Of a DNA stretch of 64,000 nt, positions 43,201-55,200 are shown one piece after another. Every line of letters starts with the position of its first letter. The stretch's first letter is position 1. A program made the position numbers and the translations under genes. Source of the stretch: Macrostomum lignano. Its lineage: Eukaryota. The DNA is taken from contig NIVC01000632.1 of assembly GCA_002269645.1 (NCBI GenBank), positions 186,001 to 250,000 of the forward strand. The letters run 5' to 3'. Under the pieces are notes generated by a model. That model worked only from the letters and a program-made list of their open reading frames with translations. It had not been told where the DNA came from and did not search any database.

Positions 43201-46200
43201 TAAATCCTGGTGGCGCCCTGCTGCGGGTAGAGCGTCTTCTCCAACTGGCCGTCGCCTTTGCTCTTGCCAATCCACTCGCCGACATTGAACAGCCAGGAGG
43301 TGCCCAACTTCGGACAGTCGATCTCAACCTTTTCTACATACCAGTCTGGTCTGGGATTGGAGTTGTCGTGCCCCAGCTTGATTTTCTTCAGTTCGCCGAT
43401 GTCCACCAGTTCGATTTCGAACTCGTCGCAGTGGCCTCGCTCGAATTTGTCCGAATAGGTCTTACTCCGCTGCAGCGGCACCACGCCTGAGTCGCCCGAG
43501 TCGCCGAACAGAACGATGTGGCAGTTGGCATCAGTGCCGGCTCCATAAACATCGCCAGTGTAAATTTTCACGTGGTAGGTTTCGGACGCGGCTGCGGTGG
43601 TAATCGGGTGATAAATTATAAAGATACTTCTGAGCGGCGGCATAGTGAGAGCAAAGAATCCTTAGATACAGAATGTCGCAGTCCAAGATTGTCAAACTAA
43701 TCCCAGTTAAATGCCACTGGCTTTCTTTCGTTAGCTCGCAGGGGGCTTTGGGCGTTGTCGCTAATCAAGGTGGCATGTCATGTCCATTCCGCTGACTCTT
43801 GAGCACACACAGGGTGTACAGCGGCCCTGAATTTCTTGATCGCATGCCTCTCGTACGCTCTGTCTCTTGAAGGCTGCTCTCAATAGCCAATTTTTGTGCG
43901 CATGCACGAGCACGAATCGATGTGGCTATGCACGGAATCGAACCCCGTTACTTACTGCCCCTAGACCCCAGAACTACAGCTAGGAAAGTCTGCCAAACAG
44001 ATGCCAAATGTCAAAAGTAAAAATGAAATTGTCCGGTTCATACTGGAACCTGAAGACTTTGCCTTTGATCTCACCTTTGGTTTTTGCTTAGTCTACTAAA
44101 TTTTAGTTAAATACAAGTAGCTAAATTAAAGTACTCCGATATCAATGACAAGCAAACTCAAGAGCGTATTAGAAGGTTGTTCCGTACAAACGTAGGAGTT
44201 TTACATGCAGGAATTTCCAATGACTTTCATGCCGATAAGTAGCACAGCTAAACGTTCGGATTGGAAAATATGTTTACAAAACTGTGCAGCAATTCTGCCG
44301 AAATCAACAGTGCGAACAGCGTGCGAATATTCTGGCTGACTTATCGACCCGGTTGGCTCTCCGCTGGGGAGCGATTTAACAAAAATTAATGACGTTCAGG
44401 ACTATTAAAGTGCGAAGATTCTCTTGCTTAAACTAGGTGGGCTTCTATCTATTTATCAATCCTTTTTAGTCATCAAGCACTCATCAACAATTCACCTGCT
44501 TCAGTCGTGTCTGAAAATATAGAAGCGTTACAAATTTAATGATCTATAATCCTTTTTGCAATTGACTGAAAAGGATTAGGAAAATATTTATTAAAGAGTT
44601 TCAAAGGCAGAAAAAGCAGATCGAAACCTGTGACGTGAATAATCCTGTAGGTTTTCAATAGTCAAAAAATATTTAGTGAAGATGAATTGAAACCAAAGTA
44701 CAGTTCGAGGTAAAAAGCAGTTGCTCACCTTTCTTCTCCAGTTTCAGCTTCTCGTGCACGTCTTTGCCCATGTGCGACTTGTCCACCGCCAGCAGGTCGC
44801 GCGAGATGTGACCTCCATCCCTCGATGTGGACAGCCACTGGTGACAGGGGAAGTACACCTCCCGCTTGGCCTTGGGGTCTAATACGATCACGTGGTCCAG
44901 ATACCAGTCCGCGCCGCCACCCTTGTCGTCGTGACGAATCTTCACTTTGCGCAGCTCGCCAAGATCGACAGCTTTCAGCTTGAAGATGTCCTCATTTTTG
45001 CGCTCGAATTTGTTCCTATGGGTCTCGCTGGAGCTGAGCTCGCGCTCGCCTGAGTCTGCCTCCGAGCCAAAGAGCGTCAGGAAGACGTTTGCGTCTGTGC
45101 CGGCGCCCAGCTTGTCGCCTGTCTGCACGCGGACTTCGTAAACCAGCTCGCTGAGCCGCGACAGAGGCTTGCCGTCCTTGGTGGTCGGCAGCAGTTCGCG
45201 CACGATGAGCTTGTCGTCTTCGTCCCGAGCGAGCCAGCGGTTGCAGTAGAACCAGTACTCCTCCACCACCTCCTCCTCGCCATCGTCCTCGCCGCCGTCT
45301 ACTCGCGTCCTGGCGTCGAAGTTATCCGCATCGTCTTGGTCATCCTCGTCGATGTCGTAGTTGTTTTTGCCACCGCCGCGACGGGGGCCAGAAACTGACG
45401 GGGACCTCACCGAGGATCGTCGACGCGAGGCGGCTGCCGAGCTAGCTCGACGCGACTGCACGGATCGACGATCGTCAAAGTTGTCCGCGCTGTCATCGAA
45501 TTCTTCGTCGTAGTTTTCATCGTCGTCGTCGCTAGCGTAGCGACTGCCGCGACGGCTTGAGCCGCCAGCTGCAGAGCGAACCGACTGGCGATGGCGCGTG
45601 CTGCCTGCAGCGCTGGGAGACCGCGATGAGGACGCCGTGGTGCCTCGACGACCTTTGCGACTGCGATCGTCGGACCACCTGTCGTCATCATAGCCGTCAT
45701 TAAAGTCGTCTTCATCGTCATAGTCGTCGACTCTCTTGTCCCTCTTGCCACCGCGACCGCCAGCTCTGAGGCTGCCTCGACCGGCGGCGGAGCGCGGCCG
45801 CTGACGGGAGGACGGTCCAGAGGCGGACGAGGCCCGACGCGACTGGAAGTCGCCGTAATCAGCGTCTTCATCGCCGTCATCCTCTGCGCGTCTGTCGTAG
45901 CCCGGCGCCTGTTTCGACTTGCGGCGTCGGCCAGCATTGGCGAGGCTCGCCCGGAGCCGCTTCGAGCCCTTCATGGCGTGGCGCCGGATGATCACGTGAT
46001 CAAGGAACCAGCCATCGCCGAAGCCGGTGCCGTCGTGGCCAATGCGAAGTTTCTGAATTGGACCGACGTCGAGCAGGTCGAGCTTGAACTTTTCCAGCTT
46101 GCCCTTCTCGAAGGTGTCGGACCGCGAGCGCAGCGGAGTCTGCTCAGTTTTAAGGCCATCTTCGCCGTAGATCTGCACGAACACGTTGGCGTCCGTGCCG

Positions 46201-49200
46201 GCGCCCTGGCAGTTGCCAGTCTGGACGATGATCTCGTAGGGAATCGCTGTACGAGGGAGCGGAGCGGCGGATGGTTGCAGTGAGTGCTTATAATGTCCAT
46301 TTGAAAAGGGACAGCCTCGGAACTAAGGCCAGGAGGCAAGTAGTCATGCTTGATGGTTGGCTCTCATGGGTGTAATCACGAGACAAACCCTATGGTCGAC
46401 AATTTCCGTTACGAACACCCCAAATTTATGTGCATTCGGAATCGAACCCTCACCACTACTCGGTCCCTAATCTGTCTTGGTATCGTTCTAGCAGTCCACT
46501 GCAACGATCCGTTATGTGTTCAACTCACTGTGCTCAATGTCCGTGACTTCGCTAAGGTCAATATCCACCTCAAGCTTCCTGTCCGCTTCGTTGGTGTCGA
46601 GCCAGCGGTGCGCCGCAAAGTTGTACTGCTTGCCCTGCGATGGCACTGCGATGCGCACCCAGTCCAGGAACCAGCCGGCGTTGGGGTTCGAGCCGTCGTG
46701 TCGAATTCGGATTCGCTCCAGCTGATATTGGCGGTGAATTGGGGATCGGAGTCACGTTGGGATGATGTTTTATTAGGTTGGTTATTGTGGTGCATCTTCG
46801 GCGCTTAGTGGAGGTGTAGCTTGGATGCTGAGTGGTGGCGTCATTTTGGTGCTGAGTGGTGGTGTGGCTTTGATGCTGAGTGGTGGTGTGGCTTTGATGC
46901 TGAGTGGTGGTGTGGCTTTGATGCTGAGTGGTGACGTGGCTTTAGTGCTGAGTGGTGGTGTGGCTTTAGTGCTGAGTGGTGACGTGGCTTTGGTGCTGAG
47001 TGGTGACGTGGCTTTGGTGCTGAGTGGTGACGTGGCTTTAGTGCTGAGTGGTGACGTGGCTTTGGTGCTGAGTGGTGACGTGGCTTTGGTGCTGAGTGGT
47101 GACGTGGCTTTGGTGCTGATTGGTGACGTGGCTTTGGTGCTGAGTGGTGGTGTGGCATTGTTGCTGAGTGGTGGTGTGGCATTGTTGTTGAGTGGTGGTG
47201 TGGCTTTGGTGCTGAGTGGTGGTGTGGCTTTGGTGCTGAGTGGTGACGTCACTTTGAAGTTGAGTGGCGGTGTGGCTTTGTACAAGCTAGTAGTGTTTCA
47301 GGCGTACAAATACATGTAGACTATAAGACAATTGAGCTTCCAACAAAGTGTTCAACGCCAGCCAAAACAGCCGCCCACCTTTCCAATATCGGGACTCTCA
47401 ATCCGAAACAGGTCGGTGCGGTTCCGCTCGAATTTATTGAAAGCTGCCTCGGAGGCTTTCAGCTGGCGTTCGCCAGTTTCGCCTTTGTCGCCGAAGATGT
47501 TGAGAAAGACGTTCGCGTCGGTGCCGGCGCCTGACACGTCGCCTGTTTTCACCGACACGTTGTAGGTGAGCTCTGTGGAGTGAATGTGAGAGTTAGAGCT
47601 GACTGTAGATTTCTATCATAGTTTCTAGGAATTGTGATTAGGAATTCTTTGGAATAAGCACAGAGATTCTATAAGGTTGTGCTCAGAGAATCTAGGGTTG
47701 TGCTCAGAGATTCTAGGGTTGTGCTCAGAGATTCTGGGGTTGTGCTCAGAGATTCTATTGTTGTGCTCAGAGATTCTCGGGTTGTGCTCAGAGATTCTAG
47801 GGTTGTGCTCAGAGATTCTATTGTTTTGCTCAGAGATTCTCGGGTTGTGCTCAGAGATTCTATTGTTGCGCTCAGAGATTCTGGGGTTGTGCTCAGAGAT
47901 TCTATTGTTGTGCTCAGAGATTCTCGGGTTGTGCTCAGAGATTCTATTGTTGCGCTCAGAGATTCTGGGGTTGTGCTCAGAGATTCTGGGGTTGTGCTCA
48001 GAGATTCTGGGGTTGTGCTCAGAGATTCTATTGTTGCGCTCAGAGATTCTATTGTTGTGCTCAGAGATTCTATTGTTGCGCTCAGAGATTCTGGGTTGTG
48101 CTCAGAGATTCTCGGGTTGTGCTCAGAGATTGTAGATTTGTGCTCAGAGGTTCTATTGTTGCTCTCAGAGATTCTGGGGTTGTGCTCAGAGATTCTGGGG
48201 TTGTGCTCAGATATTCTATTGTTGTGCTCAGAGATTCTATTGTTGTGCTCAGAGATTCTATTGTTGCGCTCAGAGATTCTGGGGTTGTGCTCAGAGATTC
48301 TCGGGTTGTGCTCAGAAACTCTATTGTTGTGCTCAGAGATTGTAGATTTGTGCTCAGAGATTCTATTGTTGTGCTCAGAGATTCTGGAGTTGTGCTCAGT
48401 TTCTAGCATTGCGATCTGATTCTTGATATCAGTTTGAAAGCAGTTTTTGTCTTCGGCAACTCACTGTCCAGCAGGGTTCCAGAAGCTGTGAGGTCCCGTT
48501 CAATGCAGCCGTCATCTTCCTTGGAATCCAGCCACCTGTAGAAAAGGTAGCAAAATAATGCGGTTTATTAAACTGAGTAAAACTCAGCACAGGTTATTGA
48601 TTGGGATTATCCAACGTGATTGTGTAGTGATTAGTTTGAAATGAATGTAAAGAATATACATTTGTATAAAACCAAGCAGATTAAACTGACCTATCGCAGA
48701 TGAACTCGAATTTATTATCAGGCTGGTCCTCCCGCCAGACGGTCACCTTGTCCAGGTACCAACCGCTGCCGGCGTTCTTCCCGTCGTGTCCGATACGAAC
48801 TTTGTCGATTCGCTTGCCGAGTCCGACCGCTTCGAGCACGAACTCGTCCTCCTGCGGGACCGGGGAGCAGAGCTTCCGTTCTTCAATGGGATCTCAGGTG
48901 ACGGAAGACGGTGAAAGAGCGACTCTCAAGTGTCAGGGAGGGCGATTCTCAGGTGTCAGGGAGCGCGATTGTCAGGTGTCAGGGAGGGCGATTGTTAGGT
49001 GTCAGGGAGGGCGATTCTCAGGTGTCAGGGAGGGCGATTCTCAGGTGTCAGGGAGGGCGATTCTCAGGTGTCAGGGAGCGCGATTGTCAGGTGTCAGGGA
49101 GGGCGATTCTCAGGTGTCAGGGAAGGGCGATTGTCAGCTGTCAGGTAAGGGCGATTGTCAGGTGTCAGGAGGGGCGATTCTCAGGTGTCAGGGAAGGGCG

Positions 49201-52200
49201 ATTGTCAGGTGTCAGGTAAGGGCGATTGTCAGGTGTCAGGTAAGGGCGATTCTCAGGTGTCAGGGAGGGCGATTCTCAGGTGTCAGGGAGGGCGATTGTC
49301 AGGTGTCAGGAGGGGCGATTCTCAGGTGTCAGGGAAGGGCTATTCTCAGGTGGGGAATGGGCGATTCTCAGGTGGGGAATGGGCGATTCTCAGGTGGGGA
49401 ATGGGCGATTCTCAGGTTCTCTCTATAAAAGTTCTCTTGACTCAGATTCAATGTCGAATTCGCTACTAAGCTGGTAAATGTCGCGGCTTGCTTGAACCAA
49501 ACCAGACTTCCCATATCTTGCTATCAAAACCGGTTGCATGACATATAATAGCGATAATCTCGTTCTCTGCTGCTTCCCAGGAACCGGTTAGTTTGAGTTG
49601 CTACAATTTAAGGGTAAAAAATAGCCAATCAAAGGCTGCAATGTAGCTTGCTTTGAGGCCGCAGATGTCAACTGATATGATTGTCTCAAAGAAATGTACT
49701 GGAAACCCTGGCTAGCTAAGATGATTGGGCGTAGAGTGACGCCGCTAATGGAATCGGCGCCAACTGCAGTTTTGGAATCGGCGCCAACTGCAGTTTTGGA
49801 ATCGGCGCCAACTGCAGTTTTGGAATCGGCGCCAACTGTAGCTAATGAAATGGGCGCCAACTGTAGCTAATGGAATGGGCGCCAACTGTAGCTAATGAAA
49901 TGGGCGCCAACTGTAGCTAATGGAGTCGGCGCCAACTGTAGCTAATGGAGTCGGTGCCAACTGTAGCTACTGGAATCGGCGCCAACTGTAGCTACTGGAA
50001 TCGGCGCCAATTGTAGCTTAAGGAATCGGCGCCAACTGTAGCTAAAGAATCGGCGCCAACTGTAGCTACTGGAATCGGCGCCAGCTGTAGCTAATGGAAT
50101 CGGCGCCAACTGTAGCTAAGGAATCGGCGCCAACTGTAGCTAATGAAATGGGCGCCAACTGTAGCTAAGGAATCGGCGCCAACTGTAGCTACTGGAATCG
50201 GTGCCAACTGTAGCTACTGGAATCGGTGCCAACTGTAGCTACTGGAATCGGTGCCAACTGTAGCTACTGGAATCGGCGCCAACTGTAGTTAAGGAGTCGG
50301 CGCCAACTGTAGCTAAGGAATCGGCGCCAACTGTAGTTAAGGAGTCGGCGCCAACTGTAGCTAAGGAGTCGGCGCTGTAATCAATATTATAATAATAAAA
50401 AAAAAGCTTCACTCACATTGCCCTTCTCAAACGGATTCTTGTGAGAACTTGAGTATTTCAATGCCCGGTTGCCAGTGTCGGATTTGCTGCCAAACAGATC
50501 GCAGTAGACGTTCGCGTCCGTGCCTGCGTAGCGAACCTTGCCTGTCTTCACCAGCACATGGTACTTGTGCACTGTGGGATGAGAGCGTGAGGTGGATTGT
50601 GGGGCTTCTTATGAATCGAGTTTTAAAGGCCGTTCTTCGAAGGCCGATTTTTTAAAGCCAATTTTTTGAAGGCCGATTTATCAAGGCCGATTTATCAAGG
50701 CCGATTTATGAAGGCCGGTGTATGAAGGCCGATTCTTTAAAGGACGGTTTATGAAGACTGATTTTTGAAGCCCGATTTATGAAGACCGATTTATGAAGGC
50801 CGATTTATGAAGGCCGATTTATGAAAGCCGATTTAAGAAGGCCGATTTATGAAAGCCGATTTAAGAAGGCCGATTTTAAAGAACGGTTTATGAAGACTGG
50901 TTTTTGAAGGCCGATTTTTTGAAGATTGGATTAATGAAGGCTGATAAATCCAGAAATCTGTGAGAATATGAAGAACGACTAGAAAAACTTGTTTATGAAG
51001 GCTACCTTGACAATACATATGCAATGTGTCGAATAAGAAGACTTATGATTGTCTACTTAACTACGGCCCCCTCTCACCTGACAGGACGCTCCTGATGCCT
51101 TTTCCCTCTGCCGGCAGCTCCCGCACGATGCACTTGTCGTCCTCGCTCTCGGCCAGCCACCGTCCGCACTGGAACTCGAAGCCCGCATCGTCGCTGCCGT
51201 CAGCTGTGCGCCTCATCAGCAGGCGCTCCAGGAACCAGCCAGCCGCGGCCCCGGAGTTGTCGTGTCCGATCCGCACTTTGAACGGCGTCCCCACCAGCGG
51301 CGTGTGAATCTTGAAGCTGTCCACCTTGCCGCGCTCGAAGCTGCCCCGGACAGAGTCGAGGAAGATCTCGTCTGATTTGCCTTTGTCGCCATAGAGCGCC
51401 AGGAAGACTCGGGCGTCGGTGCCGGCGCTCTGCTTGTTGCCAGTGTGCACCTCCACCGCCCACTCCTCCTCTGCGTGGCAGAGGTGATTTTCAATGGGAT
51501 TGCAGCCATGAGAGAAATACTCAATACCACTAATCGGTATAACTTACTGGGGGACAGCTTACGGGGGAATTGCTGAGATGTCAAGACAAATAGGATTCAC
51601 ATGAATATCGGTTTGTCCCTTGCTTATTGGGCGACCCGACCCCGAAGGGGGCACTAGATTGCTAATCCAAATATACTAAATCTAAAAATAGAAACCTAGA
51701 GGGCTTTGTCCCTTCTGCTGACTGTCTTTACATTATTTAATGTAAAGTTCCCGGAATGTCTAACGTAGCTCTTCAACGGAGCCATGATGTTTCACGCCCT
51801 TGGTGTCAAATGAAAGGAAGTTTTGTCACGAAGAAAATGAAGTTAAAAGCATGTTGATATCTGTTTTTATTCAGGAGCTGCAGCAAGAAACGTGCGCAAA
51901 GGTCAGGGGTACTGTTACACAACCTCACATATCACTGAAAATAATTTTTTCATCTTCGTTTTTGGATATTTTCATTTTGAATTCGTGCTACTAACGTCTC
52001 AGAAAGACGTGGTAGTGTCTATGGAAAAAAGCAGAAATGCTCATTAAGCTAATCTGAGCTTTTGCGCGAGTGCAGATAATTCTTACCAAGCGCTTGCTTT
52101 CAACTTGAAATCTCTTTGCCAAATTGGGTTCTCTTCAGAGCCTCGAAAGTCAGCGAAGTCAAGTTTTTGTCCTTTGCGAGGCTTTGGTCAGTAGGATGGA

Positions 52201-55200
52201 GTGGAGCCAAGATTTCTGACCACTTATTCTCCATCCACGGTGAGAACAGCCTGAAAAAAACTGCCATTTACGAATGGATCGAACGCTTTAGAGACGGTCC
52301 AGAAAATTCGTGGCCGGGTGTTCCAGAACCGCAGTGAACTTGAAGGCTTCACTCGTCGCGTCATCCTGCATCATGAAATGCCTCGAACTGTTTTTGCCCA
52401 GGCCATCGACGGCATGCTTTCAAAGTGGCAGAGGTGTATTCAGCTGAATGGGGACTACGTGGAGAAGCCGCAGGCTGAGCTTGACGATTCGCTTTGAATT
52501 TTGAATCGGTGCATGTCCCAAGGATTCATCAACGGTATGAAATGTTCTGTGTTTTATTGTTTAAAATCATTGCCATAGATTTTTGAGGTTGTGTAACAGT
52601 ACCCCCGACCCCCGCGCACGTTTCTTGCTGCAGCTCCTGAATAAAAACAGATATCAACATGCTTTTAACTTCATTTTCTTCGTGACAAAACTTCCTTTCA
52701 TTTGACACCAAGGGCGTGAAACATCATGGCTCCGTTGAAGAGCTACGTTAGACATTCCGGGAACTTTTGGGACACCCCTCAAAGAGGGAAACTGCTACCC
52801 AACTCTAGAAACTCATTCAGAACATTTTATTGATAGAGTTCTGGAGATCACTCTAGGCAATACGCTCGAATGTAACTCTACAGGATGAAGACTAAAATAT
52901 TACTCAGCTAAAATTAATAAGAAAGACATTTGGCAATTCAGAGACAACATGAACAGAAAATAATTCTGGAAATAAAAGTTAAAAACGAGAATGGGATAGA
53001 CAACAAAAAGGTGAATCTTAATTGGCGAAATGATGATGCCAAACGGTTGTCCACAATATTTTTACAGGTTTATGGGGAAACATCTAAATAAAGCTGGTGT
53101 TTTCATTTTCGCCTTACCTTCTGCAATGAAATTTTAAAGCGAATACGTCAGATAATAATTGTTTCGATTTCGTACTCATGTCAGATGAATGAATTTTTAA
53201 ATAATTACAAAATCGATTATCTGCTTACGCTGATCTCTCTGCTTCCTAAGCGATTTGTCTTCAATCAGGGTTCTCTCGCAGCCGTTCTCCGTGTTGAGCC
53301 ACTCCTTGCAGACAAATGTCTGCTCTATGCCCGTCATTGGGCAGTAGATCACCACCTGGGAAAGAAATAATGGAAATGCAAACAGCAACTCTACTCACGA
53401 ACAGTAGCATTGAAAGCAAAATGTCTTCCTTTTTGTTGCACATTCTCGTAGTGTCTATTAAAGTAAAACAGGGGTCTGTAAACTTTTTTTACCTCAAGGG
53501 TCAGACAGAGATCCTTGCGCATGACCGCGGGCCAGAGGAGGGGAGAGTGGAGAGGGAATAGAGAAGAGAAATGGAGAAAGGAGAGGCGAGAGAATAAATG
53601 AGAAGACAAGAGGAGAGGAGAGGAGAGGAGAGGAGAGGAGAGGAGAGGAGAGGAGAGGAGAGGAGAGGAGAGGAGAGGAGAGGAGAGGAGAGGAGAGGAG
53701 AGGAGAGGAGAGGAGAGGAGAGAAGGGAGAGGAGAGAGTAGAGAAAAGCGATGAGAAGGAGATTAGAGACAGCAGAGCTGAGAATAGACACTAGCCTTGA
53801 GCGGGCCGGATTGTTATAGATATTGTAAAGTTTCAAAGGACCCGAGAGCCGGTTAGAGAGGCTTTTCGGGCCGCATGTGGTCCGCGGGCCGGAGTTTGCC
53901 GACCCCTGGAAGGGAAGTAAATCCTAAGAAGCAGAGTACATAAATGTTGCGTTTAGCCACCAAGAATGTTTAGTAAATATCCACAGCCGGGTCATTTTAC
54001 CGCCACATGAGTGTAATTGACATGTACTTTCCCCAACCTTCTACCAAAGAAGACCAAAGAGGACTTAAGTGGGAAGCACATTGGTCTGGACTTTACACTG
54101 ACTTTAAGAGCTAACGTTTCACTCTTTTTCAATAGGGATAAGCTGTGCGAATTTCAAACGGTAGCATCAGTTTCTAAGATCTCGTAAAATGCACAAACCG
54201 ATTCCAGGTGCCAGCCGGGCCCCACGCCGCTGTTGTCTTGCCCGATGTCCAGCTTGGTTACTGGCGACAGCATGTCCTGCAGCGTGATGGCGAATCGGTC
54301 GATGCTGCCGCGGTCGAACTTGCCGGACTTCAGCCAGATCTTGTCGCTTCGCTTCGGCTTTTTGGCCTTCTTACTGTCGCGGTGCAGAACGATGTAGACG
54401 CGAGCAGACGTGCCGGCGTTTTTCCGGTCGCTCGTCTTCACACGGATGTCATAAGACACATCCGAGCCCTCTTTGTAGGGCCCGAGACCGCTACCGCCGC
54501 TTCGAACGGGAAGATCGCGACAGAGCTTGTGGTCGCCTTCCGACTGGGAGAACCACTGATAGCAGGGCACCTCGTACACCTTGGACAAGGCCAAGTCGTC
54601 AATGATGAGCTTGTCGAGGTACCAGGAGGCCGCGAAGCCGAGGTTGTTGTGCCAGATTCGAACTTTGCTGAGGGGGCCCAGCTGACGGCCCTTGCACATG
54701 AACTCGTCCACCTGGCGGTGTGACGCGGTTTTGGGGATGAAATAAATTAGAGTTGACTCGAGGACATTGATCTTTATAAACAGTTTCAATAATTAGCCGA
54801 ATAGTTGCAGTCAATGTTTTAATTCAATCAAAAGAACCCACGATTTTAAGCTTGGCGGCTCATATTTGATTCATTTTGCCTCATCGATAACAGTTTTTGG
54901 TCTTCCAGTGAGGATGAAAGCATTACCAGAAAAGGTGAAATAAGGACCAGTCCAGGTCTGTCATAAACATGCCAATCGCTTGTAAACGCACCTGTCCCCG
55001 ACCGAAGGGCTTCTTGTTGGACACGGGCACTTTCAGCTGGTAGTCGTTCGACACTCCGGACTCGCCAAACAACTTGATGAAGACGTCGGCATCCGTTCCC
55101 GCGCCCGGCTTGTTGGCCGTGAAAGCCGTCACCCGGAAGGTGGTTGCCTTCGGCACCGACGTCGGGTCCTTGCCGCCAGCGAGTTCGCAAACCACCTGGC

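Noticed and set aside
46782-49469. ORFs of 100-250 aa with KATSPLST, SEHNPRI and CQGGRFSG repeats
   Set aside because: Intronic minisatellites of LOXHD1; the flanking exons join in phase without them.
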